This document shows, piece after piece, positions 18,140 to 27,606 of a stretch of DNA of 64,000 bases (its first letter is position 1; each line of letters begins with the position of its first letter). Source of the stretch: Marine group II euryarchaeote REDSEA-S11_B3N4 (GTDB lineage: Archaea; Thermoplasmatota; Poseidoniia; Poseidoniales; Thalassarchaeaceae). The position numbers and the translations under genes were made by a program. Location: the NCBI GenBank assembly GCA_001628485.1, contig LURR01000004.1, positions 4,499 to 68,498 of the forward strand, given 5' to 3'. The notes under the pieces were generated by a model. That model ran no database searches and was not told where the DNA came from. It was given only the letters and a program-made list of their open reading frames with translations.

Positions 18140-19069
18140 CTAAGGCTCTCGCAGTCCGGCTTCGATCAACACCGAGACTAGCACTTCCCCAATCTTGGAT
18201 GGATCTCTAGCAATGTGAATTCCTGCCTTCTCGAATGCGGAAAACTTCTCCTCCGCCGTGCCCTTTCCACCGGAGATAATAGCCCCTGCGTGCCCCATCC
18301 TCTTGCCAGGAGGTGCTGTTGCTCCTGCAACGAACCCGACAATAGGCTTGCTGAAGTTGTCTGCAGCCCAAGCCGCAGCATCTTCTTCGGCCGTCCCACC
18401 AATCTCTCCTATCATCACAACGGCCTCGGTCTCTGGGTCCTCCTCAAAGGCGGCAAGACAGTCTATGAATCCAGTTCCACTGATGGGATCCCCCCCTATA
18501 CCTATGCATGTGGTCTGACCCTCCCCCACGCTCATTGTTTGAGCTACAGCCTCATAGGTTAGTGTACCGGACTTCGAGATGATGCCTATTCTTCCCTTGG
18601 CGTGTATGTATCCTGGCATGATTCCCACCTTGCAGCCACCATTTTCTCCCGGAGTTATGATTCCCGGACAATTGGGGCCAATAAGCCTGATTCCAGGCAT
18701 TTCCGAAATGTGCCCTACGCATCTAATCATATCGAGGATAGGAATTCCCTCTGTAATGCATACAATCAATCCCTCGCCCTTGATTTCGTTGAAGGCATCT
18801 GCGGCCTCGACAATTGCTGCTGCTGCGAATCTCGCTGGAACGTAGATTACGCTAACATCAGCATTGGTTTCCGAAACGGCTTGCCCCATGGTATCGTAGA
18901 CAGGGACAGACCGACCAGGGAGATCGACCACTTGGCCTCCCTTGCCAGGGGTGACCCCTCCTACGACATCTGTCCCGTACTCCGTCATTCGAGTGGCGTG
19001 GAATGTTCCCTGCCCCCCAGTAATTCCCTGAACTAGGACCTTGCTGGATTCATTTATCCAGATACTCAA
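18140..19069 (-). CDS. sucD: succinyl-CoA synthetase alpha subunit
   Basis: 309 aa. [14 protein letters not shown] CoA-binding motif and the phospho-histidine loop region. 4-nt overlap with sucC. Confidence 0.9.
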   Translation of the reverse strand: MSIWINESSKVLVQGITGGQGTFHATRMTEYGTDVVGGVTPGKGGQVVDLPGRSVPVYDTMGQAVSETNADVSVIYVPARFAAAAIVEAADAFNEIKGEGLIVCITEGIPILDMIRCVGHISEMPGIRLIGPNCPGIITPGENGGCKVGIMPGYIHAKGRIGIISKSGTLTYEAVAQTMSVGEGQTTCIGIGGDPISGTGFIDCLAAFEEDPETEAVVMIGEIGGTAEEDAAAWAADNFSKPIVGFVAGATAPPGKRMGHAGAIISGGKGTAEEKFSAFEKAGIHIARDPSKIGEVLVSVLIEAGLREP

Positions 19070-20316
19070 GCGTCCACCCCAACTGTTGCAGCGACGATTG
19101 CTTTGGCACCATCGGCAAGCGTACCCACGGTGGTGACTTCCAGGGAGCTCTCTTCTAGTACGTCCCTTCCTTCTTCGTGGTTCGTTCCTGAGAATCTAAC
19201 CACCAGTGGAACAGAAAGCCCGACTTCCCTGGATGCATCGATTATGCTCCGAGCCACCATATCACAGCGAATGATTCCTCCGAAGATGTTCACTAGAATA
19301 CCCTCTACATTTGGATCCTCGAGTATTATTCCAAAGGCAGTAGTGATTGACTCCTTGTTGGCCCCTCCTCCAATGTCGAGGAAGTTTGCAGGCTCGCCCC
19401 CGTATAGTTTGATCACATCCATTGAGGCCATAGCTAATCCTGCTCCGTTGACCAGACAACCGATATTTCCATCCAATTTGACGTATGACAGGCCGGATTT
19501 ATTGGCCCTAATCTCGACCTCTTCCTCTTCGGACAGGTCTCTCATCTCTGCTCTCCAGGGATGCCTGAATGAGGCGTTGTCATCGAAACTTATCTTGGAG
19601 TCTAGTGCGATCATCGCACCATCTCCTGCTCTCACAAGAGGATTGATCTCAACCATAGAGCAGTCCCGTGATACGAACATGGAAACTAGGCGCCCTAGCA
19701 TCTCTTTGAACGAGTCCTTAGATACGCCTGTGAGTCCTAGGGAATCAGCCATCGCACTGTCAGCCCCAGTAGGCAGTTTCCCTGATGAGTCGGTCCAAGC
19801 TTTGTGAATAGCCTGGGGAGTAGTCTCAGCAACCTCCTCTATGTCAACACCTCCCTCAGTTGAAGCCATCACCAAGATGGCATCCTCTTCTCGGTCGACT
19901 AAGAGAGCGAGATAATACTCATGGGCGATTTCACAGCCTGCCTCTATGTACAGGTTGTTCACCACCTTGCCCTCCGGACCGGACTGCTTGGTGACCAGAA
20001 TGTTCCCTAGGATGTTTTTGGAATAGGTCTCGACCTCGTCTCGCGATAAGGCAATCTTGACTCCGCCCTCCATCTGCAAATCGCCGGTGTCGGGGCAGTA
20101 GAGGTTCCCTTTCCCGCGTCCTCCCGCATGTATCTGGCTCTTGACGGCGACGATCTTGCTTCCTAGAGAGTCATACGCTTCCAGAGCTTGGTCGACTGTT
20201 GTGCAGTGAACGCCTTCTTGTACAGCGACACCCTCTTCTCTGAAGAGGGCTTTACCTTGGTACTCGTGGATATTCACACCCTCCCGAGGCAAGGTCCGTC
20301 TTTCAACGATACGCAT
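19066..20316 (-). CDS. sucC: succinyl-CoA synthetase beta subunit
   Basis: 416 aa with ATP-grasp N-terminus ([11 protein letters not shown]). The true start may be the internal Val/GTG before NIHEYQ. Confidence 0.9.
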   Translation of the reverse strand: MRIVERRTLPREGVNIHEYQGKALFREEGVAVQEGVHCTTVDQALEAYDSLGSKIVAVKSQIHAGGRGKGNLYCPDTGDLQMEGGVKIALSRDEVETYSKNILGNILVTKQSGPEGKVVNNLYIEAGCEIAHEYYLALLVDREEDAILVMASTEGGVDIEEVAETTPQAIHKAWTDSSGKLPTGADSAMADSLGLTGVSKDSFKEMLGRLVSMFVSRDCSMVEINPLVRAGDGAMIALDSKISFDDNASFRHPWRAEMRDLSEEEEVEIRANKSGLSYVKLDGNIGCLVNGAGLAMASMDVIKLYGGEPANFLDIGGGANKESITTAFGIILEDPNVEGILVNIFGGIIRCDMVARSIIDASREVGLSVPLVVRFSGTNHEEGRDVLEESSLEVTTVGTLADGAKAIVAATVGVDA

Positions 20317-20375
20317 CGGAATTATGACAGTCGCAGACGCGAAGCGCTCAAACGCAGAGGCTCAATCCACCGGAC
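20317..20375. promoter_or_regulatory. divergent promoter region (sucCD vs nucleotidyltransferase-tpiA-ppk2 units)
   Basis: 59-bp spacer between divergent start codons. Too short for long leaders, so the transcripts are probably leaderless or short-leader. Confidence 0.25.
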
Positions 20376-21347
20376 GTGGATGTCATAGTTCTCGCTGGAG
20401 GTTTCGGAACAAGGCTCCGTCCTTGGACAGAAAGCGTACCTAAGCCCCTCTTACCAATTCTGGACAAGACGATGATTGAGCACGTCGTGGGGATAATTCC
20501 TGAATCTCAAGTGGACAGAATACTCATTGCCTCTGGTTATGGAGTAGATAAGATGCGAGATCACTTCTCCAAAGTTAGTCTCCCCTACGAGATAGAGATT
20601 ATCGAGGAAACCGAGCCATTGGGTACTGGAGGGGCCATTGCCAACTGCAGAGAGCAGCTCTCTGGAGGCACATTCTGCGTAATCAACGGGGACCTAATTA
20701 CCAGTCTCAGAGTGGAGGAAATGCTCGAATTCCACAGGAGCAACGGGGGCATTGCAACCATCTCGCTGTGGGAGGTTGAGGATCCGTCCCGATTCGGTGT
20801 CGCCGACTACAGGGAAGAGAGTGGAAAGATAATGAGGTTCCAAGAGAAACCCTCGATAGAGGAGGCTTTCTCCAATCTGATTAATGCGGGAGCATACATC
20901 CTGGAGCCTGAGATATTCAATTTGATGCCTGACGGAGCGCATAGCATTGAGAGGGATGTCTACGAGGACCTGGCTGCAACCGGTGGCTTGAATGGCTTCC
21001 CGTTCGAAGGATGGTTCGTTGATGCGGGGACTCCTCAATCGTTCATAGAAGCGAGCCAAGTATGTATCTCGGCCGGCAGTTTCTCCAGCGGTTCAGTTGA
21101 CAGAGACTCATGGTTCGGAGAAGGTTCTACGAACAAAGGGGAGGTTGTCTCAAGCACGATAGGTGTCGGAGCCTGCATCGAGGAAGGATCGGTTGTTCAC
21201 GGCTCAGTTGTTCTGGAGGGAGCAGAAATAGGCCCTAATTGTAACATCGAGGGATGTCTTATAGGGATGAGGGCCAGGATACCAGGGGGTTCTGACTTGA
21301 GTTCGAAGGTCGTTGATCATGGTCAACCCGAGAAAAAGATACGATAA
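20376..21347 (+). CDS. sugar-phosphate nucleotidyltransferase with C-terminal left-handed beta-helix domain
   Basis: 323 aa, GTG start. N-terminal VLAGGFGTRLRPWT...PKPLLPI nucleotidyltransferase motif. C-terminal hexapeptide repeats. Confidence 0.8.
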   Translation: MDVIVLAGGFGTRLRPWTESVPKPLLPILDKTMIEHVVGIIPESQVDRILIASGYGVDKMRDHFSKVSLPYEIEIIEETEPLGTGGAIANCREQLSGGTFCVINGDLITSLRVEEMLEFHRSNGGIATISLWEVEDPSRFGVADYREESGKIMRFQEKPSIEEAFSNLINAGAYILEPEIFNLMPDGAHSIERDVYEDLAATGGLNGFPFEGWFVDAGTPQSFIEASQVCISAGSFSSGSVDRDSWFGEGSTNKGEVVSSTIGVGACIEEGSVVHGSVVLEGAEIGPNCNIEGCLIGMRARIPGGSDLSSKVVDHGQPEKKIR

Positions 21348-21397
21348 TCGGTTGTAAATCCCGTCATGGTCAAAGAGAGCCAGTCCCTCGGGGAGCT

Positions 21398-22060
21398 ATG
21401 AGCGACTCCCTAGTTGTTGTTAATTTCAAGACCTACCAGACTGCTCACGGGGCGCGTGCCGAGAATCTGGCTAGAGCGATGGCCAGCATAGATACACGGG
21501 CTAGAATGGTTGCTGCGGTCTCTGCATTCGATCTGTCTGCCGTAGTCGCTGCTGCTCCGGGACTGGAGGTATGGTGCCAGCATCTTGATCCCGTTGGTTT
21601 CGGTTCGAATACGGGGTGGCTGCATCCTGAAACTGCAATGGAGAGGGGGGCTTCAGGAACTCTGATCAATCATGCGGAACATAAGGTTAGCTTGGAGCAC
21701 GTCGCTATGCTCATGGAGCAGATTCCCGATGGATTCCATGTTTGCGCCTGTGCGGCAGACATTCATGAGGCAAGGGCACTGGCGGCATTGGAGCCGGGTT
21801 TTGTCGCTGTAGAGCCGCCGGAGTTGATTGGCGGCGAGACTTCGGTAACTAGCGCTGATCCTGGGATAGTCAGTGGTACAGCCCAAGCAGTCAGAGAAGC
21901 GTCCACGAATGTTGGCATCCTGTGCGGTGCGGGTGTAAAGACCGGCGGGGACGTGGCCAAGGCGATCGAGCTTGGCACTTCGGGAGTTCTTTTGGCTAGT
22001 GGGGTTACCAGGTCTGTAGACCCTAGGTCGTCACTGATTGATCTTGTCAGCCTCCTTTGA
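21398..22060 (+). CDS. tpiA: triose-phosphate isomerase (archaeal short type)
   Basis: 220 aa, archaeal TIM length. VVNFKTY N-terminus, catalytic INHAEH block and GAGVKTGGD phosphate-binding loop. Confidence 0.85.
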   Translation: MSDSLVVVNFKTYQTAHGARAENLARAMASIDTRARMVAAVSAFDLSAVVAAAPGLEVWCQHLDPVGFGSNTGWLHPETAMERGASGTLINHAEHKVSLEHVAMLMEQIPDGFHVCACAADIHEARALAALEPGFVAVEPPELIGGETSVTSADPGIVSGTAQAVREASTNVGILCGAGVKTGGDVAKAIELGTSGVLLASGVTRSVDPRSSLIDLVSLL

Positions 22061-22120
22061 CTAGTCAGGATTCTCCGAATCCTAGACCAGAGGACTTTTG
22101 TCAAAGACTGTTATGGGAGG

Positions 22121-22948
22121 TTGATTACAATGGGCGGCAATGGAAGCGAGAAAATAGAGAGGATAGGGAAGAAGAAGTACAACAAAGAGCTATTCAGGCT
22201 ACAATTAGAGTTAATCAAACTTCAGGAATGGGTGAAGGCGAAGGGGCTCAAGGTCGTGATCGTCTTCGAAGGCAGAGATGCTGCCGGGAAGGGTGGCGTG
22301 ATCAAGAGGATCGCGCAGTATCTCAATCCCAGAGTCGTGAGAGTGGCTGCTCTGCCAGCCCCCACCGAGAGGCAGAAGACCGAGTGGTACTTCCAAAGGT
22401 ACGTCAACCATCTCCCCGCTGCAGGAGAGATAGTGTTGTTTGACAGAAGTTGGTACAACAGAGCCGGGGTCGAGAGGGTCATGGGATTCTGCGATGAGGG
22501 GGAGTATGACGAATTCATGAGGTCGTGCCCGATGTTCGAGAGGATGCTAATGAGGTCCGGAACGATTCTGATTAAGTACTGGTTCTCAGTTTCCGATGAC
22601 GAGCAGTTGAAGCGGTTCAAGGCAAGGCTGGACGAACCGCACAAGAGGTGGAAGCTCAGTCCGATGGATCTGGAGTCTCTCACGCGGTGGGAAGACTACT
22701 CTGAGGCGAAGGACGTGATGTTCGCTCACACTGACACCAAGCAGTCCCCTTGGTTCGTGGTTAACTCCGATATCAAGAGGCACGCGCACTTGAATTGCAT
22801 TAACCATCTACTGTCCATGATTGAGTACGAGGACCTTACTCCAGAGCCGATAGAGCTGCCAGAGAGGAAGACTGCGAGGGGATACGTGAGGCCCCCAATG
22901 ACTGAGCAGACTTTCGTACCGAACCACCACGAGACCGTGATGGACTAG
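22121..22948 (+). CDS. ppk2: polyphosphate kinase 2 family protein
   Basis: 275 aa. Walker A FEGRDAAGKGG, PPK2 blocks LFDRSWYNRAGVERV and YWFSVSDDEQLKRFKAR. Confidence 0.8.
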   Translation: MITMGGNGSEKIERIGKKKYNKELFRLQLELIKLQEWVKAKGLKVVIVFEGRDAAGKGGVIKRIAQYLNPRVVRVAALPAPTERQKTEWYFQRYVNHLPAAGEIVLFDRSWYNRAGVERVMGFCDEGEYDEFMRSCPMFERMLMRSGTILIKYWFSVSDDEQLKRFKARLDEPHKRWKLSPMDLESLTRWEDYSEAKDVMFAHTDTKQSPWFVVNSDIKRHAHLNCINHLLSMIEYEDLTPEPIELPERKTARGYVRPPMTEQTFVPNHHETVMD

Positions 22949-22983
22949 GGCACTAGTTGAGCTGATAGACGGGTGACTGGTAA

Positions 22984-24264
22984 ATGCGCAGAAAACTGTT
23001 TTCTTTTGTCTTGTGCTTCTCGCTAATTACCTCAGGATGCCTAGAAGGATCCCCTCCTGATATGGATGGAGACGGCATTCATGACTCTGAGGATCTGGAT
23101 ATCGATGGCGATGGTTGGAGCAATTCCGAGGAGCTGAACTGCACATCTGACCCAAATGACGCTGAAGTAACCCCAACCGACACTGATGGCGATTCACAAT
23201 GCGACCCCAATGACTTGGATGATGATGGGGATTCTTGGAGCGATGCCGAAGAAGGGAGGTGCGGAACTGACCCTCTTGATGGTGAATCCGTACCGGACGA
23301 TCTAGACGGGGACATGGAGTGCGATGAGTGGGATGATGACGCGGATGGCGATGATCTTCCTAACGAATGGGAATTGGAAAGGGGTTTCGATCCGATGGAT
23401 CCGAATGACTTCATCAGTTGCCATGGAGAGGCGAAATACTGCCTGAGAACATATGACGACTTTACATTCGCCGAGACTCACAATGCTTACTCCACGATAG
23501 AAGATCAGATTCTAGTTGGAGTGAATCACTACACAGGCCTACAAAGGCAGTGGGATGATGGAATCAGGGCCTTCATGGTGGACTCCCATCACAGCCATTA
23601 CGACCACACTTCCAAAGAGGATGTCAGGTTCTGCCATAGTACTGGCCAGTTCTTCCACCCCTGCAACTTCGGAGAGGTTGATGCATTCGAATGGATGAGA
23701 ATGCTAAATTCCCTAATGAACAACTCCAGTGGCGATGTTGTCACCCTTCTGATAGAGAACTACGTCCCTGCCTCTCACTTGAGTTTCCTATTCAATGAGA
23801 CTGGCATGAAGGGCAGGCTCTACACCCATACTCTTGGAGATGAGTGGCCGAGTCTGGGAGATTTGGTCATACATGGGAAGAATCTGGTTGTATTCTGGGA
23901 GCAATCTCAGAACGATGAATACCCTTGGTTGCACGACTTCGGAACGTTCGGATGGACGACCAACTACGCAGAGAGCAGCAAGGATGAGATGACCTGCACT
24001 GTTCATCGTGGTGACGGGTCCCAACCAGTGTGGCACCTGAACAACTGGCTATCTAGCATCTACGGACTACCCGATCCGATTTTGGCTAATGACGTGAACC
24101 AGTATGAGACTCTGCTAAATCGGTCCCTTCAGTGCTGGGAGGAAATGGACAACAGACCTACTTTCGTGGCAGTAGACTACTGGGAAGAAGGAGAGGTAAC
24201 GAATGTGACTATCACTCTGAACAAGATGTCACACTGGTCTGACGAAGTCCCTGAGCATCCATGA
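22984..24264 (+). CDS. secreted lipoprotein with Asp-rich Ca-binding (thrombospondin type-3-like) repeats and PLC-like phosphodiesterase (PI-PLC X) domain
   Basis: 426 aa. Signal peptide/lipobox LITSGC. Repeats DxDGDGxxDxxE repeated about 6 times. Downstream ETHNAYS...GIRAFMVDSHH resembles PLC-like phosphodiesterase catalytic His blocks. Confidence 0.55.
   Translation: MRRKLFSFVLCFSLITSGCLEGSPPDMDGDGIHDSEDLDIDGDGWSNSEELNCTSDPNDAEVTPTDTDGDSQCDPNDLDDDGDSWSDAEEGRCGTDPLDGESVPDDLDGDMECDEWDDDADGDDLPNEWELERGFDPMDPNDFISCHGEAKYCLRTYDDFTFAETHNAYSTIEDQILVGVNHYTGLQRQWDDGIRAFMVDSHHSHYDHTSKEDVRFCHSTGQFFHPCNFGEVDAFEWMRMLNSLMNNSSGDVVTLLIENYVPASHLSFLFNETGMKGRLYTHTLGDEWPSLGDLVIHGKNLVVFWEQSQNDEYPWLHDFGTFGWTTNYAESSKDEMTCTVHRGDGSQPVWHLNNWLSSIYGLPDPILANDVNQYETLLNRSLQCWEEMDNRPTFVAVDYWEEGEVTNVTITLNKMSHWSDEVPEHP
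23079..23414 (+). repeat. in-frame Asp-rich calcium-binding-type coding repeats (DxDGDxxxDxxE)
   Basis: About 336 bp of degenerate tandem repeats within the CDS 22984..24264. They produce a long Ser-rich antisense ORF artifact. Confidence 0.6.
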
Positions 24265-24726
24265 CTATGCAATCTCCTTTGGACGAATGACGGCCTCAAC
24301 CGACCATGATGAGCCCGAGTGGAGCAATAATACTGCGGTTGCTGTGGGCATAGTGTGCCATTCCCCTGAGAGATGGTTCACAAGAATCTCCGAGCCAGGA
24401 TTGTGCCCAATTATCATGGTGGTCCCGTTATCCAACATATCCTCCAATTCTCCCATTAGATCGATTACTGTTGCATGGTAGATTCCCGATCTAACCTCGA
24501 ATGGAGTCTTTCCCATCCTGTGAGACATCCCCTCCAGAGTCTGGAGTGTCCTCTTCGAACTACTAACGAGGATAAGCTCTGGAATCCAACCTCTTTCGAA
24601 AATCGCATCTGCCACCATGGGTGCATCCCGCCTGCCCCTCTTGTTCAGTGGTCGTTCGTGATCATCGAGGTTCGGGTCTTTCCAGCTGCTCTTAGCATGA
24701 CGCATGACAATCAGTCTTCTGACCAT
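24265..24726 (-). CDS. histidine phosphatase superfamily protein (SixA-like phosphohistidine phosphatase)
   Basis: RHAKS (RHG-type) catalytic motif at the N-terminus, about 150 aa. The start was chosen at the internal Met (MVRRLIVMRHAKS) to avoid overlapping the upstream crotonase. The track ORF extends to 24750. Confidence 0.6.
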   Translation of the reverse strand: MVRRLIVMRHAKSSWKDPNLDDHERPLNKRGRRDAPMVADAIFERGWIPELILVSSSKRTLQTLEGMSHRMGKTPFEVRSGIYHATVIDLMGELEDMLDNGTTMIIGHNPGSEILVNHLSGEWHTMPTATAVLLLHSGSSWSVEAVIRPKEIA

Positions 24727-24727
24727 C

Positions 24728-25525
24728 CTACTCCTCCTCGAACCTTCCAAAGGACGGTTCCTTCTTCAGCTTGAATGACGCGACCCCCTCGACGAAGTCC
24801 GCCGTCTGCGAGGATGCAATCATTAGCGACTGCTCGAAATGCAGCTGAGTCTCGAAGAATGTAGAAGTGGATGCATCTAGCAGCTGCTTCGTCCCCTTCC
24901 TGCTGCTGACCGACCACTTGCCCCAATCTCCGGCAACCTCAATGGCCCTATCTAGAAGGACACTGGGATCGGCCAATTCATCGACTGCTCCATAATCGAG
25001 GGCCTGTTCGGCTGTCCAAACTTCGGAGTTGAAGAAGAACTTGCGGGCCACCTGGTTCCCGACCAGTCTTGGGAGCAACCATGTCATCCCCCCGTCGGGT
25101 GAGAGCCCTAGTCGGAAAAACGCGGAGGCGAGCTTCGCCTCTGGAGAGCATACTCTGTAGTCTGATGCTAGTGCCAGACCTAGTCCTCCTCCAGCTGCTG
25201 ACCCATTGATGGCGCATACGAAAACCTTCTCTGAAGTCCTCATCTTCAAAAGGAGTGGATGTAGCTTATCTGTCATCTCCTGAACTCTATCACCAATATT
25301 GCCATTCTCTATTGCATCAGAAAAGTCGTCCATGTTCCCCCCAGAGGAGAAGAAGCGTCCAGAACCGGTGATTACTACTGACCTACAAGAGGGATTTGCC
25401 ATCACCTCTTGTAAGCATGATAGGAATGGGCCGAAGTGTTCGGGGGAGAAGGTGTTCGAGGAGGCAGCTGGAGACAAAGTGACCACAGCTACCCCTCCGT
25501 CAAGCATGTCGGTGGAAACTGGCAT
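24728..25525 (-). CDS. enoyl-CoA hydratase/isomerase (crotonase) family protein
   Basis: 265 aa. VVITGSGRFFSSGGNMDDF and AINGSAAGGGLGLALASDYRV oxyanion-hole blocks. Confidence 0.8.
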   Translation of the reverse strand: MPVSTDMLDGGVAVVTLSPAASSNTFSPEHFGPFLSCLQEVMANPSCRSVVITGSGRFFSSGGNMDDFSDAIENGNIGDRVQEMTDKLHPLLLKMRTSEKVFVCAINGSAAGGGLGLALASDYRVCSPEAKLASAFFRLGLSPDGGMTWLLPRLVGNQVARKFFFNSEVWTAEQALDYGAVDELADPSVLLDRAIEVAGDWGKWSVSSRKGTKQLLDASTSTFFETQLHFEQSLMIASSQTADFVEGVASFKLKKEPSFGRFEEE

Positions 25526-25593
25526 GATGCTCGAGCAAGGGCCACTCTATTGAATTGCATGAATATCATAAGATGTCGCATTTTGGGTCAACC

Positions 25594-27012
25594 ATGCACG
25601 AACGCCGGCGCCTGTACATCAATGGAAACTGGATAGAACCCCGTGGAGAGGGTTCTATCGAGGTAATCAATCCGACCAATGAGGAGGTGATTGGTTCCGT
25701 ACCAGTCTCCAGCGATTCAGATGTTAATGCGGCTGTAGAGGCAGCTAGGTCAGCATTCACGGATTGGTCGACAACCGAGGTTAGCGAGAGGGTAGAATTC
25801 CTGAACAGGATTTCGAGCTCAATCAAGGATAGAAGCGAGGAACTAGCCGAGATAATTACAGCAGAGGTAGGGACCCCTATAGAGTACTCTAGGATGGCGA
25901 TGGTGGGGACTCCGAGGGTTGTTTCTAGGTCTTATGCGAAGATCCTAGACGGATACGTCTGGGAGGAAGAGGTAAGGAACTCTCTCGTTATCAAGGAGCC
26001 GATAGGGGTGGTAGCTATGATTACCCCGTGGAACTTCCCCCTGCACCAGATAATTGGAAAGGTGGCGCCTGCTATAGCAGCGGGTTGCACAATGGTGCTG
26101 AAGCCATCCAAGGAGGCGCCCCTGAATGCATTCCTTCTAGCAGATATCCTGGATGATGTAGGCCTTCCTGATGGAGTTTTCAATTTGATTTCAGGTCACG
26201 GGAGAGACATCGGAGAGACCTTGTGTAGTCATCCAATGGTGGATATGGTCAGCTTCACGGGATCTACAAGTGCTGGAATTAGGGTCTCGGAACTGGCGGC
26301 ACCAAGCGTGAAGAGAGTGACACTGGAACTGGGGGGAAAGAGTGCGAACATTATACTGGATGACGCAGACATCAAACGAGCATCAACTTCGGCGATTTAC
26401 TCATGCTTCGGGAACTCTGGTCAGGAGTGCTCGGCCCTTACCCGGCTTCTGGTGCCAGAGGATTATAGAGACGAGGTTGTGGAGGTAATCTCAAGCAAGA
26501 TCGGGAGGTACACTGTTGGAGATCCCATGGATGAGTCCAGCAGATGTGGCCCACTGGTCTCTAAGAGGCAGCAGGAGAGTGTTTCTTCGTACATCTCTAG
26601 CGGAATCGAACAAGGGGCCACTCTAGTTGCAGGAGGCGAGGGGATGCCAGATGGGCTTGGGTCCGGATTTTTCGTAAAGCCGACTGTCTTCGCAGACGTT
26701 ACCCCGGATATGACCATATTTAGAGAGGAGATTTTCGGTCCTGTTCTATGCATCACCTCATACTCTTCAGAGGAGGAGGCAGTGGAGTTAGCAAACGACT
26801 CTGAATATGGGCTATCTGGAGGAGTCTGGTCAGGTGATGAGGAGAGGGCCATGAGAGTAGCCAAGATGCTGAGGACTGGCCAGGTCAGCATTAATGGTGG
26901 CGCGTTCAACGTTACTGCTCCTTTCGGAGGGTACAAGCAATCGGGATTGGGGAGAGAGTTAGGGGTCCACGGAATGGAGGAGTTCCTCGAAATCAAATCA
27001 ATTCAGCGCTAG
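25594..27012 (+). CDS. NAD(P)-dependent aldehyde dehydrogenase
   Basis: About 472 aa from MHERRRLYINGNWIEP. ALDH blocks FTGSTSAG, catalytic Cys region GQECSALTRLLV and ELGGKSA. Confidence 0.9.
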   Translation: MHERRRLYINGNWIEPRGEGSIEVINPTNEEVIGSVPVSSDSDVNAAVEAARSAFTDWSTTEVSERVEFLNRISSSIKDRSEELAEIITAEVGTPIEYSRMAMVGTPRVVSRSYAKILDGYVWEEEVRNSLVIKEPIGVVAMITPWNFPLHQIIGKVAPAIAAGCTMVLKPSKEAPLNAFLLADILDDVGLPDGVFNLISGHGRDIGETLCSHPMVDMVSFTGSTSAGIRVSELAAPSVKRVTLELGGKSANIILDDADIKRASTSAIYSCFGNSGQECSALTRLLVPEDYRDEVVEVISSKIGRYTVGDPMDESSRCGPLVSKRQQESVSSYISSGIEQGATLVAGGEGMPDGLGSGFFVKPTVFADVTPDMTIFREEIFGPVLCITSYSSEEEAVELANDSEYGLSGGVWSGDEERAMRVAKMLRTGQVSINGGAFNVTAPFGGYKQSGLGRELGVHGMEEFLEIKSIQR

Positions 27013-27020
27013 GTGATTGA

Positions 27021-27602
27021 TTGGCCCCAAGACTATTGATTATCAGTGGTACCAGCGGGGTTGGAAAGTCCACTACGTCCACAAGTCTGGCATCCTCTCT
27101 TGGTTTTACAAAAATTGCGTCCACGGACACAATTCGAGAAGTTCTGAGGACCCAGATATCATCGACTGCAAGCCCTGCCCTACATCGTTCCTCGTTCGAG
27201 TCGGCCGGAGGTTCGGCTTCGGAGGACTGGAAAGAAACGGTTCAGGCCCTCTCAGGAGGGGTTGAGGCGGTAATAGACAGAGCCATCTCAAAGGGAGCTG
27301 ACTTGCTTCTGGAAGGGGTCCATTATATCCCAAACAAGGAGGTGATTGACCTCTGGAGAGAGGCTGGCGGAGCGGCTATCGGAGTTGTTCTCTATGTCTC
27401 CAGCGAGGAGAGGCATCGAGGCATGATAGCCAACAGAGAAAAGCACAACGGTAAGAAAGTGGACCACTATCTCGGTAATCTGGATCGGATTAGGAAGATT
27501 CAGGAGGAGCTAGTTCTATCCGGATCGGAGTTTGGCTGGTTGGTTATTGACCCCACCAAGGAGACAGATTCAATCGGGTTGATCTCGAGCAGCTTGTGTT
27601 GA
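27021..27602 (+). CDS. P-loop kinase, 2-phosphoglycerate kinase-like (COG2074-like)
   Basis: 193 aa. Walker A IISGTSGVGKSTTS followed by IASTDTIREVLR and LLEGVHYIP. These match my recollection of 2-phosphoglycerate kinase family conserved blocks. Confidence 0.5.
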   Translation: MAPRLLIISGTSGVGKSTTSTSLASSLGFTKIASTDTIREVLRTQISSTASPALHRSSFESAGGSASEDWKETVQALSGGVEAVIDRAISKGADLLLEGVHYIPNKEVIDLWREAGGAAIGVVLYVSSEERHRGMIANREKHNGKKVDHYLGNLDRIRKIQEELVLSGSEFGWLVIDPTKETDSIGLISSSLC

Positions 27603-27606
27603 GGGA

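Noticed and set aside
19103-19807. 234-aa plus-strand ORF
   Set aside because: Antisense to sucC, which has unmistakable succinyl-CoA synthetase motifs. This is a shadow ORF.
22057-22443. 128-aa plus-strand ORF upstream of and overlapping PPK2 in another frame
   Set aside because: Arg/Glu-rich low-complexity product. The PPK2 frame carries all conserved motifs.
23079-23414. Repetitive DNA flagged as possible tandem repeat / CRISPR-like array
   Set aside because: The repeats are in-frame codons for Asp-rich calcium-binding repeats inside the CDS 22984..24264. They are degenerate and lack uniform spacers, so this is not a CRISPR array.
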